Assembly (NCBI GenBank): GCA_025451835.1 | Contig: JANWJR010000046.1 | Location: 5,173-69,172 of the forward strand | Origin: Candidatus Acidiferrales bacterium | GTDB lineage: Bacteria; Acidobacteriota; Terriglobia; Acidiferrales; UBA7541 | Length of the DNA: 64,000 nt | Direction: 5' to 3' | Part shown: positions 1 to 9,273 of the stretch, in pieces | How the letters are laid out: the number at the start of each line of letters is the position of its first letter | How positions within the stretch are numbered: the first letter of the stretch is position 1 | Program-made: the position numbers and the translations under genes | Notes under the pieces: model-generated | Seen by the model: only the letters and a program-made list of their open reading frames with translations | Told to the model about the DNA's origin: nothing | Databases searched by the model: none

Positions 1-141
1 CGTATGCGCCGCTTCGAAATTACCTTCGAAGGCGATCGAAATCACCAGCTCCTTGATGTCGTGACGATCCTTCTCGCGAAACACCCGCAGCAACCGGACG
101 CGCGACTTCCCGTAACTATTTTCCACGAGCTTGATCGTCAA
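1..141 (-). CDS. pucL: urate oxidase (uricase), first 47 codons; gene runs off the window start
   Basis: Absent from ORF track because truncated. Minus-strand translation from TTG at 141 gives LTIKLVENSYGKSRVRLLRVFREKDRHDIKELVISIAFEGNFEAAHT, which fits the conserved uricase N-terminus (YGK..VRL..V and G.FEAAHT). GGGAG lies 7 nt upstream. Starts 3 nt after the uraH stop. Confidence 0.8.
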   Translation of the reverse strand, partial: MTIKLVENSYGKSRVRLLRVFREKDRHDIKELVISIAFEGNFEAAHT

Positions 142-144
142 GAG

Positions 145-486
145 TCAACTCCCGCGATACGTCGTGTAGCCAAACGGGCTCAAAAGCAGAGGGATGTGGT
201 AATTGTCCTTCGCGTTTCGCACCGAAAATGTCACCGAAACTTCCGGGTACAATCCTTTGATTTTCCGGGAATCGAAATACGCGCGCGTTCCAAATCGTAG
301 CCGGTATGTGCCTTCTACGAGCGATCCCGGTGCGAGCAGGTGCCGCACCCGCCCATCGCCGTCCGTGGCGCCCCGGCTCAGTTCTTTCCAGCCGCTGTCA
401 GTTGTTTCGATTTCGAGAGTTACGGAAATGCCGGCCGCCGGCTGTCCAATCGATACATCCAGCACATGCGTTGTGATTTGGCTCAT
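145..486 (-). CDS. uraH: 5-hydroxyisourate hydrolase (transthyretin-like)
   Basis: 113 aa. N-terminal ITTHVLD and C-terminal HIPLLLSPFGYTTYRGS are HIUase hallmarks. ATGA overlap with the upstream gene at 483-486. Confidence 0.9.
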   Translation of the reverse strand: MSQITTHVLDVSIGQPAAGISVTLEIETTDSGWKELSRGATDGDGRVRHLLAPGSLVEGTYRLRFGTRAYFDSRKIKGLYPEVSVTFSVRNAKDNYHIPLLLSPFGYTTYRGS

Positions 487-2003
487 GATTCCAGAAGCTT
501 TTCCAGCCGAAGGTGCGTGATCTTGCGCTGCTCTTCGGTGGCGATCCGCAATTCAGCCTCCGCATCGTTCGAGAGCCGCCGCTGCAAAGCCCTTAGTATT
601 TCCTCACTTGTCTTTCCGGCTGCGCAGATCAAGAAAACGTATCCGAACTTTGCTTTGTACGCGCGGTTCGCAGCCGCAAGGGCCTTCATCGTTTCCCGCT
701 TCCCTCTCAGGGCCACCGACTGCTCGTTCGCCGACCAGCGGCGTGCCGCCCCGGACCGCTTCGTGCTGGCCTTCTTGCCCCCTATCGGCGGATGGTGACG
801 GAAGGCCGCGAGCCAGTCTTCGCAGTCGAGATTCGCCCACGCAGAATCTGCGGTTTGCAGCAATTCCTCGGCGGTCGAGAATGGGCGTTCCGCGAGCACG
901 CGTTGCGCCCAGGGACTTGACGCGCAGCAATCGAGCAACGCTCGTTTCGCCTCCGCGTCCAAAAGCGCGTTCAAACGAGCGATGTTGGAAGGTCGAGCGT
1001 TACGTTCTCCGGGCCGGCCAAGAATTCGCAAACGGCTTACACCGCCGTCTGGAAAAATATTCAAGCGAACATGCGTCGTAACGCCCACATCCTGGAGTTG
1101 CTGCCGGAAAATGTGACGCCGGTTCGCCAGCAGCTTTGTGCGCGGCAGGGCTTGTTTCCATGCGGCCGGCTGCGGAAATGATTCCGTCGTCCTTCCCGCT
1201 GCACAGCACGCTTCCACCGAACAGCTTTCGGGAAAATTACCCTTGAAATGAGATGTGTCCACTTCGATCGCAGTAATCGTTCCTGGGACGCCGAGCTTCA
1301 CAATCACCCAATCGTGTCCCGGACCTCGCCGCCTGCGTGTCTCCCATCCATCGCCCATATTCTTTCCGCGCCCCGGCATCAGCAAGTTCAGCGGCTCGCT
1401 GAAGAACTGATCGCTCGACGCAATCGCCATGCCTCCGTTTACCACGCCGGCCAGATCGACCTCCGCGCGACCGATTCGTTCTAAATCCGGCACGACTTCG
1501 CCATGAATACGCAGCCGGGCAACGCCGCCATCGGGATAAATCTTCAAGCGCACGTGTGTAAACCGCAATGAGTTCGTTACGGGAAAAGAATTTTGAGAAT
1601 CGCCCTTCAGCGCTCTCTCCGGCAGAAGCCCATGCCAGCGTGTAGACGTCGTTTTCAGTCGCCTGCGTTCGTCGCGGTACGGCGGCGTTCCCAGGTGGCA
1701 AGCCTCCAGGGAACAACGCTCGGGATAATTTCCCAGAAAAAAACTGGTGTCCACGGTAACGCGGTGAATCACGCCCGGAAGTCCAAGCCGGACGATGCAC
1801 CAATCGTGTCCGGGAGCACGCCGCCGCCGCGTCTCCCAGCCATCCATCCATTTTCCGCGGCTGGTGTACTTCCCGTCGGCAAAAATGGGCTTGGAAACCT
1901 TCAGCAGATTCTCTTTAGACGCGAAGAACTCGTCGTTAGCAACGATCACCGTGCCGCCAAGTCTTTCGGAAGCAAGATCCACCATGTGGATGAAATCGCT
2001 CAC
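483..2003 (-). CDS. alc: bifunctional allantoicase / OHCU decarboxylase (fusion)
   Basis: 506 aa. Residues 1 to about 335 contain two allantoicase repeats (GWETRRRR occurs twice). From about residue 340 there are OHCU decarboxylase motifs (HPPIGG, FGYVFLICAAGKTSEEIL, EEQRKITHLRLEKLL). GTG at 2003 overlaps the allB stop as GTGA; an alternative ATG lies at 1985. Confidence 0.85.
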   Translation of the reverse strand: MSDFIHMVDLASERLGGTVIVANDEFFASKENLLKVSKPIFADGKYTSRGKWMDGWETRRRRAPGHDWCIVRLGLPGVIHRVTVDTSFFLGNYPERCSLEACHLGTPPYRDERRRLKTTSTRWHGLLPERALKGDSQNSFPVTNSLRFTHVRLKIYPDGGVARLRIHGEVVPDLERIGRAEVDLAGVVNGGMAIASSDQFFSEPLNLLMPGRGKNMGDGWETRRRRGPGHDWVIVKLGVPGTITAIEVDTSHFKGNFPESCSVEACCAAGRTTESFPQPAAWKQALPRTKLLANRRHIFRQQLQDVGVTTHVRLNIFPDGGVSRLRILGRPGERNARPSNIARLNALLDAEAKRALLDCCASSPWAQRVLAERPFSTAEELLQTADSAWANLDCEDWLAAFRHHPPIGGKKASTKRSGAARRWSANEQSVALRGKRETMKALAAANRAYKAKFGYVFLICAAGKTSEEILRALQRRLSNDAEAELRIATEEQRKITHLRLEKLLES

Positions 2004-3397
2004 GCAGCGCCCCGGCGAAGCACTTGGCCGATCGGTCCCGTCGGAAAGTCCCCGTGCTGAAAGATGATTCGGCCCCGCAAGAAGGTAGCTTCAACAACGC
2101 CCGCAAGTTCTCGCCCTGCATATGGCGTGATTCTATGGCGGTGAAAAAGCTGGGCTGGATCGACGCGGAACTTTGCATCGGGATTCCAAATCACCAGATC
2201 GGCATCCAGGCCCGGCGCAATGGCGCCCTTCCTCCTTTCAAGCCCCGCAACCCGCGCCGGACCGCCGCACATCCAACCGGCAACCCGTCCCACATCGTAG
2301 CTACGGGAACGAGCCTCCGTCCAGGTAGCCGGCAGACTCAATTGCAAGGACGCAATTCCGCCCCAAGCACGAAGGAAGTCTCCCTCGTCAGACAGTTTCA
2401 TCGCGGGTGGGCAAGGCGAATGATCGCTCGCAATCATATCGATCGTTCCATCACCCAGCGCCGCCCAGAGTTTCTCTCGATTCTCCCCTTCGCGGATCGG
2501 GGGTGCACACTTGTACTCTGTCGCGCCATCGGGAACATCTTCACCGGCAAACGTCAGGTAATGAGGACAAGTTTCGATGCTGAATGGCATCGAATCCGCT
2601 TTCGCTTGACGCAGTTGCGGAGCCGCATCAGCCGACGACAAATGCACGACGTGGACACGTAATCTGAATTCCTGGCACAGGCTCAGCAGGAAATCGATCG
2701 CTTCGTTTTCGGCTTCGCGCGGCCGCGCCGCGAGCCACGTTGCATATTGTCGCGGAGGCAATTTTGCAGCTTTCGTCTCGGCGCGCTCGAGGACCGCTGG
2801 AGATTCGGCATGAACCAGCAAAGGCGCCCCCATCGCAACAAGTTCCGGAAGTGCTGTCCTCAACTCCGCGTTCGTAATGTGCTGAAAGTCATCCACGCCG
2901 CTCGGTACCAGAAAGGATTTGAAGCCAAATACGCCTCCATCCCAGAGGGCGCGCAGTTCCGATGTGTTGCCTGGTACGACGCCGCCCCAGAATCCTGTAT
3001 CGACCCATAACTTTCCAGCGGCAGCGGCGATCTTCTCGCGAAGCGCCGCTGCCGTTGTGGTAGTTGGAACGCTGTTTAGTGGCATGTCGATTAAAGTAGT
3101 CACGCCACCCGCCGCGGCGGCATGTGTTGCCGTGGAAAACCCTTCCCACTCAGCGCGACCGGGCTCGTTGATGTGCACGTGAGTATCAACGATCCCCGGC
3201 ATCACGATCGATTCGCCTACTTCATGGATCGGGCATCCGCTCGCGACCTCCCCAAATTCGGTGACGCCTGTAATCGTACCGCCGCGAATGTGAATTGCAG
3301 CGGCGCGCTCTCCTTCTGGAGAGATCACGCGTTTGCCGCGCACGATCAGGTCGGGCGCGGTCGCAGGATTGATTGGCAGGTTGGGAGGATTCTGCAT
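2000..3397 (-). CDS. allB: allantoinase
   Basis: 465 aa cyclic amidohydrolase. Contains VDTHVHINEPGRAEWEGFSTATHAAAAGGVTTLIDMPLNS. Sits inside a purine catabolic operon. Confidence 0.9.
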   Translation of the reverse strand: MQNPPNLPINPATAPDLIVRGKRVISPEGERAAAIHIRGGTITGVTEFGEVASGCPIHEVGESIVMPGIVDTHVHINEPGRAEWEGFSTATHAAAAGGVTTLIDMPLNSVPTTTTAAALREKIAAAAGKLWVDTGFWGGVVPGNTSELRALWDGGVFGFKSFLVPSGVDDFQHITNAELRTALPELVAMGAPLLVHAESPAVLERAETKAAKLPPRQYATWLAARPREAENEAIDFLLSLCQEFRLRVHVVHLSSADAAPQLRQAKADSMPFSIETCPHYLTFAGEDVPDGATEYKCAPPIREGENREKLWAALGDGTIDMIASDHSPCPPAMKLSDEGDFLRAWGGIASLQLSLPATWTEARSRSYDVGRVAGWMCGGPARVAGLERRKGAIAPGLDADLVIWNPDAKFRVDPAQLFHRHRITPYAGRELAGVVEATFLRGRIIFQHGDFPTGPIGQVLRRGAA

Positions 3398-3403
3398 AAT
3401 TGC

Positions 3404-4267
3404 CTAAGTTGCAAGCATCTCGAGAAATTCCACAAGTAAATTCTGGGCCACCCGCTGGCGGTATCGCGCGGTCGAACGAATATCATCGATCGGTGTAATT
3501 TCGCGTGCAAGCATTTCCTGCGCTGCCTGTCGCACCGCAGGGGATGGTTTTTCCCCTGTAAGCATTTTTTCCGTTTCAGTGGCGCGCAGCACGATCGGCG
3601 CTATGCTGCCGAGCGCTATGCGCACATCCGCAATGCGTCCCTGCTGCATTCGAGCCGCGCCCGCGAAGCACACTTTCGATACGGCTTGCGCCCGGCGTGT
3701 ACCCACCTTCCGGTAGTGCTGCTTCCAATCGCGCTTGGACCGCAGCAGCCGAATCCGATTGATCAATTCATCGGCGACCAAGTCCATCGCCTTATAACCG
3801 ACATGGAAGCCGGAATAGGCCTTCCACCGGTTTCCCCTGGACGACACGATCTCAACTTCCGCGTCGTAAGCAAGCAGCGCCGGGGGCGAATCGGCTGCCG
3901 GCGATGCGTTCGCGATATTTCCCCCCAGGGTTCCGCGATTCTGTGTCGCCACGCTTCCAGTTTCGCTCGCGGCCCTGCAAAGCAGCGGAAATTCCCGCGC
4001 CAGAACCTCGCTGCTCCGGACCTCCGTGTAAGTCGTCAGCGCGCCCAGAATAACGTGCGAGGACGTAATTTCAATACCCTTCAGCTCCGGCAATTTCCAA
4101 ATATTCAGAAATCTTCGCTCCACGAGTTTTCCGGCCTCGAGTAAAACCATCAAGTCCGTCCCCCCGGCAAACGGTTTCCAGGCGCCCGGCTCGTTCGCCA
4201 TCCGGTCGAGTGCCGCACCAAGATCCTTTGGTGTTTCAATTTCGTACGATGGGACGTGCGATCTCAC
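3404..4267 (-). CDS. xanthine dehydrogenase family, FAD-binding subunit
   Basis: CoxM/XdhB-like FAD-binding fold (FAGGTDLMVLLEAGK, GTLGGNIANASPAADS). The ORF track start at 4561 runs 294 nt into the 2Fe-2S gene. GTG at 4267 forms a GTGA overlap with that gene's stop, so it is the likely true start. Confidence 0.8.
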   Translation of the reverse strand: MRSHVPSYEIETPKDLGAALDRMANEPGAWKPFAGGTDLMVLLEAGKLVERRFLNIWKLPELKGIEITSSHVILGALTTYTEVRSSEVLAREFPLLCRAASETGSVATQNRGTLGGNIANASPAADSPPALLAYDAEVEIVSSRGNRWKAYSGFHVGYKAMDLVADELINRIRLLRSKRDWKQHYRKVGTRRAQAVSKVCFAGAARMQQGRIADVRIALGSIAPIVLRATETEKMLTGEKPSPAVRQAAQEMLAREITPIDDIRSTARYRQRVAQNLLVEFLEMLAT

Positions 4268-4755
4268 GCGTCCCGCTCCGATTCGCCGCACGCCGCGACC
4301 ACCGATTCGAAAATCTTTGTATAGCCCGTGCAGCGGCAGAGATTTCCGGAAAGTCCTTCGCGAATCTGAACCTCGGTAGGTTCGGGAAAACGCCGCAGGA
4401 GGTTCACCGCGGCAAGAATCATTCCCGGAGTGCAAATTCCGCATTGCGCTCCGCCATTGGTGATGAATGCTTGCTGGACTGCGTGCAATCGTTCGCCGCT
4501 GGCAACGCCCTCGATTGTGAGAATCTTCGTCGCTTCCACTTGCGCCGCCGGCACAAGGCAACTATTCACGAGTGCGCCATCCATCTCTACGGTGCATGCA
4601 CCACACTCCCCCTCCCCGCATCCTTCTTTCGTACCGGTGAGCCGCAATTCCTCGCGCAGCGCGTCCAGCAGCCGGGCCATAGGGTACGCTTCGAATGTCA
4701 CGGCCTTATTATTCACAGTGCATCGCACCTGAATTTTGCCCGAACCCTCAGGCAT
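4264..4755 (-). CDS. xanthine dehydrogenase family, (2Fe-2S)-binding subunit
   Basis: 163 aa. Carries both cysteine clusters (CGEGECGACTV and CGICTPGM ... CRCTGY). Confidence 0.9.
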   Translation of the reverse strand: MPEGSGKIQVRCTVNNKAVTFEAYPMARLLDALREELRLTGTKEGCGEGECGACTVEMDGALVNSCLVPAAQVEATKILTIEGVASGERLHAVQQAFITNGGAQCGICTPGMILAAVNLLRRFPEPTEVQIREGLSGNLCRCTGYTKIFESVVAACGESERDA

Positions 4756-6976
4756 GCGCCTTCTCCAACGTTTCCATCAGCAATTCAGGCGTCAACGGAA
4801 TGCGCCGAATGTCCGCGCCTGTCGCGTGCGCTACCGCGTTCGCGATAGCCGGTGCAGTCCCGTCGAGCGGGAGTTCGCCGATGCCTTTCGCGCCCGCGGG
4901 CCCGCGTCCCTGCGCGATCTCGTCGAAGAACACGCGGATCCGCGGAACGTCCATGGAAGTCGGCATGATGTAGTTCGTCATTTGTGCGTTCACCATCCGG
5001 CCCTCGTGCCACACGATGTTCTCGTAAAGCGCGAGGCCGATACCCTGTGCGATGCCTCCTTCGATCTGTCCTGCCGCGAGCACCGGATGAATTACTCTGC
5101 CCACTTCCTGCACGGCGGTGAAATTCTCGACGCGCATTTCGGCCGTTCGCGTGTCCACCGAAACTTCGGCAACGTAGACAGCCCAGGCGTACGCGCCGTA
5201 GGCGTCCCCTTCGTATCTCTCGTCGTTCCAGTGAAGTTCCGCCGGGTGCTGGTACTTGATCAGGGATTCCAGCGCTCCGAATCGCCCGATGTACTCGCCG
5301 CAGGCTTTGGCGAAAGTGGCCGCGTCGTAGCCCTGTTCAAGCAAGCCGCTCTGGAAAAGTTTAGTTTGAATTTCGCGTGCGGCCGATTCCACTAATTTTC
5401 CGACAATCATCGATGTGCGCGACGCAACGGTAGGCCCACTGTTCGGCACGTTCGCTGTATCCGGCTGCGCGATATCGATTTTTTCGTAATCAAGGCCCAG
5501 AGTTTCCGCCGCGATCTGCGAGAAGATCGTGTTTGTTCCCTGTCCCATCTCCGTGCTTCCGGCGCGAATGCGCACGCGTCCTTCAACCGTGGCCTCTGCC
5601 GCAACCTCCGACGCTAGGTACTCCTCGCCCGATCCCGTAAACCCCGCGCCGTGCAAAAAACAGGCGAAGCCGATGCCCTTCTTGATCGCAGCGCCAGGGT
5701 TTTCGGTGCTGTATTGCTTCCGCTTCACGTGGTAATCGCTCGCTTCGAAGGCCTGGTCCATGAGCCGCCCCATCTCCACTCTTTCATGCACCACCTGGTT
5801 CACCGCCAGCGTCTGTCCTTCGCGGATAAAATTTCGGCGGCGCAGCTCATCCGGAGCCAGCCCGACCGCTGCGGCCACCCGATCGAGATGGCGCTCGAGC
5901 GCAAAGACACTTTGCGGCGCGCCAAACCCTCGAAAAGCGCCATGCGGCGGCGCGTTTGTTGCCACCGCGCGACCGCGAATGCGCACGTTCGGACAATCGT
6001 AAGGGCCAGCGGCGTGAATCGTGCCACGGGATAGCACGACGGGGGACAAGGTCTCGTACGCGCCGCCATCGATCGTGAAATCGATGTCCATCGCGAGCAA
6101 TTTGCCGTCGCTCGATACGGCCGTGCGGTGGCGCGTTTTCGAGGGATGCCGCTTCGTAGTCGCCGCCATATCCTCCGCGCGGTCATAGATAATCTTGACG
6201 GGGCGCCCCGATTTCCACGCCAGCAGCGCGGCATGCGCAGCTATCATCGACGGATATTCTTCCTTCCCTCCGAACCCACCGCCGGTTTCCGTTTGCACCA
6301 CGCGAATGCGATCCTTTGGCAAACCGAACAGCGATACCAGCGCTTTGTGAACGTAATGCGGACACTGCAAAGAGCCCCACACGGTCACGCCGTCCGCCGG
6401 GCTTGCGCGCGCGATCATTCCCTGTGGCTCGATGTAGAGTTGTTCTTGCGCCCCGGTCTCGTACTCGCCTTCGACAATGCAATCGGCGACGCTCCAGGCG
6501 CTCTCCACATCGCCTTTCTCCACACGAACGGATTTAAAAGTATTATCTTCGCCCCAGATAATTTCTTTTCGTGCGAGCGAGTCCTCGATCGTGAAAATCG
6601 CGGGAAGCGGCTCAATCTCTATGCGCACCGCTCGCCGCGCCTCCCCCAGGAGATACGCATCCTGATGCGCAAGGAGCACGACGGGCTCTTCTTTGTGGTT
6701 TACCAATCCATCGGCAAGGCAAGGTTGGTCTTCTATCAGTAGAAGAATGCAATTGTTTCCGGGAATGTCCTTCGCGGTGACAATCGTGATCTCCTTCCAC
6801 GGAATATCGCCTTCGAAGAAAATTCCGCGGATACGTCCACGCGCCGTGGGGCCGCGTACCGTCACGCCATGCAGCATTCCGGGAAAAGCGAGGTCGTCCA
6901 CATAGCGGGCTCGGCCAGTCACCTTCTCGCGGCCCTCTTTGCGGGGAACTGATTTTCCGATTACGCGCGTTTCCAT
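4748..6976 (-). CDS. xanthine dehydrogenase family, molybdopterin-binding large subunit
   Basis: 742 aa aldehyde oxidase/xanthine dehydrogenase a/b-hammerhead and MoCo-binding architecture (GGGFGGKE, AFRGFGAPQ). Xanthine as substrate is inferred from operon context only. Confidence 0.85.
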   Translation of the reverse strand: METRVIGKSVPRKEGREKVTGRARYVDDLAFPGMLHGVTVRGPTARGRIRGIFFEGDIPWKEITIVTAKDIPGNNCILLLIEDQPCLADGLVNHKEEPVVLLAHQDAYLLGEARRAVRIEIEPLPAIFTIEDSLARKEIIWGEDNTFKSVRVEKGDVESAWSVADCIVEGEYETGAQEQLYIEPQGMIARASPADGVTVWGSLQCPHYVHKALVSLFGLPKDRIRVVQTETGGGFGGKEEYPSMIAAHAALLAWKSGRPVKIIYDRAEDMAATTKRHPSKTRHRTAVSSDGKLLAMDIDFTIDGGAYETLSPVVLSRGTIHAAGPYDCPNVRIRGRAVATNAPPHGAFRGFGAPQSVFALERHLDRVAAAVGLAPDELRRRNFIREGQTLAVNQVVHERVEMGRLMDQAFEASDYHVKRKQYSTENPGAAIKKGIGFACFLHGAGFTGSGEEYLASEVAAEATVEGRVRIRAGSTEMGQGTNTIFSQIAAETLGLDYEKIDIAQPDTANVPNSGPTVASRTSMIVGKLVESAAREIQTKLFQSGLLEQGYDAATFAKACGEYIGRFGALESLIKYQHPAELHWNDERYEGDAYGAYAWAVYVAEVSVDTRTAEMRVENFTAVQEVGRVIHPVLAAGQIEGGIAQGIGLALYENIVWHEGRMVNAQMTNYIMPTSMDVPRIRVFFDEIAQGRGPAGAKGIGELPLDGTAPAIANAVAHATGADIRRIPLTPELLMETLEKAHA

Positions 6977-6987
6977 GGCTGGTGAAC

Positions 6988-7455
6988 TCAGTACGAAACC
7001 TTATTCGGGCTTGCTTCCCACACGCGAAATGCCTCGACCGCCTCCTCACGCATCAGGGAGATTGCTGGAATCGCGCGCTCCGCATGAGGCCGAACAATTT
7101 CTTTGTAAATGAACGCATCGTCGAATCCTGCCTGAGACGCATCGCTTGCCGTACACCCAAAGTACACCCGCGCCGGCCGCGCCCAATAGATTGCGCCCAG
7201 GCACATCGGACACGGCTCGCAACTCGTGTAGATTTCGCAATCGCGCAATTCGAAAGCGCCAAGCTTGCGGCAGGCGTTCCGAATGGCAGTAATTTCCGCG
7301 TGCGCCGTCGGATCGTCCGTCGCAGTAACGCCGTTCGCGCCTTCCGCCAATATCCGCCCGTCGCGGACGACCACGGCGGCAAACGGCCCGCCTCGTCCTG
7401 AGCGTACATTCTCGATCGCGAGCTCGATGGCTCGCGCCATGAATTCGTTCCGCAT
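6988..7455 (-). CDS. guaD: guanine deaminase, CDA-fold (B. subtilis GuaD type)
   Basis: 155 aa. Zinc motifs HAE and TSCEPCPMCLGAIYWAR, plus GFDDAFIYKEI, resemble B. subtilis GuaD along the whole length. Confidence 0.8.
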   Translation of the reverse strand: MRNEFMARAIELAIENVRSGRGGPFAAVVVRDGRILAEGANGVTATDDPTAHAEITAIRNACRKLGAFELRDCEIYTSCEPCPMCLGAIYWARPARVYFGCTASDASQAGFDDAFIYKEIVRPHAERAIPAISLMREEAVEAFRVWEASPNKVSY

Positions 7456-7548
7456 CGATCATCAGATTGTAGCTTAGCAGCCGCGCATCGGCTGCGGAAT
7501 GTGCCATTGATCGCGAAAACAGCGCCGCTCGCCTCCCCAACAAAGGTA

Positions 7549-9135
7549 CTAATGTGCCGCCATGCCGCTCGATTTCTGGGGCTTGATTTTCTTCATCAGG
7601 AACATCAGCGGGATCACCGCGAGGCAGATCATGGCCATCAGCCAGAAATTGTCCACGAAGGACTGCATCATGGCTTGGCGCTGCAATTGCCCGTACAGCA
7701 TTGCCCGCGCCTGAATCATCGCATGCACCGCGTCCATGCCGCGCGACGTCAGTAGGTGTTCGAGGTTGTGGAGCGCCGACAGATAATCGTGATTTCCCGG
7801 CTGAAAATTGCCGATAAGCCTGTCCTGGTGGAATTGCGCGCGGCGATCGAGCATCGTGGTGACGAATGAGATTCCCATGCTGCCGCCAATGTTTCGCGCC
7901 AGATTGATGAGCCCGGTTGCGTTATTCGTCTTCTCCTTGGGCACAAAATAGAACGCCATCACGTTAATCGGCACAAACAGAAACGCCACACCCGCGCGCG
8001 AGACCATCCAATCGTACACGGGCGTCCGCATGGCAACGTCGAGCGTGAAATGCGAAAGTTGGAACAGCCCAACCGCCGCCATCACCATCCCAAACACCAC
8101 CAGCCACCGCGGTTCCACCCGTCCGAGGAGCCACCCCACAGCCGGTAAAATCAGTATGAGGATCGCCCCTCCCGGCAGAAGCACTAGGCCGCTCTGCATC
8201 GCCGTGTATCCCATCAGGGTCTGCAGCAAAATCGGAAGCAGGACCGTCGTGCCGTAGAGCACCACGCCCAGCACGTACATCATCAGCGTCGAGATCACGA
8301 AATTGCGGTCTTTGAAAAGTCGCAGATCGATCACCGGCTGGTCCGTCGTAAGCTCCCACCACACCGTGCCGATCAACGCGCCGATGCCGATAATCGTTGC
8401 CAATAAAATAAAATGTGAACCGAACCAATCGTCGCGCTCCCCCTTGTCCAACACGATTTGCAGGAAGCCCAGCCCCACCGTGAGCAGCCCCAGGCCGATG
8501 AAATCGATTTTCAAGCCTTGCTTCAGAGTTTTTCGAATAATATGCGGCGGATCGAAAATCAGCAGTGTCGTCATGATTACCGACAAAACACCGATCGGAA
8601 CGTTCAGGAAAAAAATCCAGCGCCAGGAAAAACTGTCGGTAATCCATCCGCCGAGCGTGGGGCCGATGGTTGGAGCGACCACGACTCCCATCCCATAGAC
8701 CGCCATCGCCATGCCCTGCTTCTCGCGTGGAAAACTGTCCACGAGAATCGCCTGCGAGATCGGCTGCAGGCCGCCGCCGCCCGCTCCCTGAATTACACGA
8801 AAAATCACGAGCAGCGGGAGCGAAGGCGCGAGCCCGCATGCGAATGAACTGACCGTAAAAAGAATCACGCAGCCGATGTAGAAACGTTTGCGGCCAAACA
8901 GGGTCGAGAACCATCCGGTTAGTGGAAGAACGATCGCGTTCGACACCAGATACGACGTCAGCACCCACGTGCTTTCGTCCACGCCGGCGGACAAGCTTCC
9001 GGCGATGTGCGGCAGCGCAACGTTGGCGACGCTCGTGTCCAGCACTTCCATAAACGTGGCGAGCATCACCGTCACGGCAATGAGCCACGGATTTACTTCC
9101 GGCAGGAATGTGTCGCGATCGGCGGCGATTTCCAT
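7549..9135 (-). CDS. MFS transporter, DHA2 (EmrB/QacA) family
   Basis: 528 aa polytopic protein with an EmrB-like N-terminus (MEVLDTSVANVALPHIAGSL) and about 14 predicted TM segments. Confidence 0.85.
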   Translation of the reverse strand: MEIAADRDTFLPEVNPWLIAVTVMLATFMEVLDTSVANVALPHIAGSLSAGVDESTWVLTSYLVSNAIVLPLTGWFSTLFGRKRFYIGCVILFTVSSFACGLAPSLPLLVIFRVIQGAGGGGLQPISQAILVDSFPREKQGMAMAVYGMGVVVAPTIGPTLGGWITDSFSWRWIFFLNVPIGVLSVIMTTLLIFDPPHIIRKTLKQGLKIDFIGLGLLTVGLGFLQIVLDKGERDDWFGSHFILLATIIGIGALIGTVWWELTTDQPVIDLRLFKDRNFVISTLMMYVLGVVLYGTTVLLPILLQTLMGYTAMQSGLVLLPGGAILILILPAVGWLLGRVEPRWLVVFGMVMAAVGLFQLSHFTLDVAMRTPVYDWMVSRAGVAFLFVPINVMAFYFVPKEKTNNATGLINLARNIGGSMGISFVTTMLDRRAQFHQDRLIGNFQPGNHDYLSALHNLEHLLTSRGMDAVHAMIQARAMLYGQLQRQAMMQSFVDNFWLMAMICLAVIPLMFLMKKIKPQKSSGMAAH

Positions 9136-9273
9136 CGTCTCTTAGCGAAAAGTTAGCCCTTCAAGTGGCGTCGCAAATAGGCCTTTCGATATTCGATGTT
9201 GATCGCCCCAGAAGGTGGCAAGATATCGGAATTTTTTCTCCTTCGTTTCAAGCACATTTACGGCTTGAATCGC

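Noticed and set aside
4-300. 98-aa plus-strand ORF at the window start
   Set aside because: It lies antisense to the uricase N-terminus (1-141) and uraH (145-486), both of which have strong family motifs. It has no motif of its own.
7964-9088. Long alternative-frame ORFs inside real genes (for example 7964-9088, 9719-10687, 11611-12519, 23521-24282, 42434-43186 and 56511-57119)
   Set aside because: They are Arg/Gly/Ala/Pro-rich shadow ORFs typical of GC-rich DNA. Each overlaps a gene with clear family motifs, and none has a recognisable domain.
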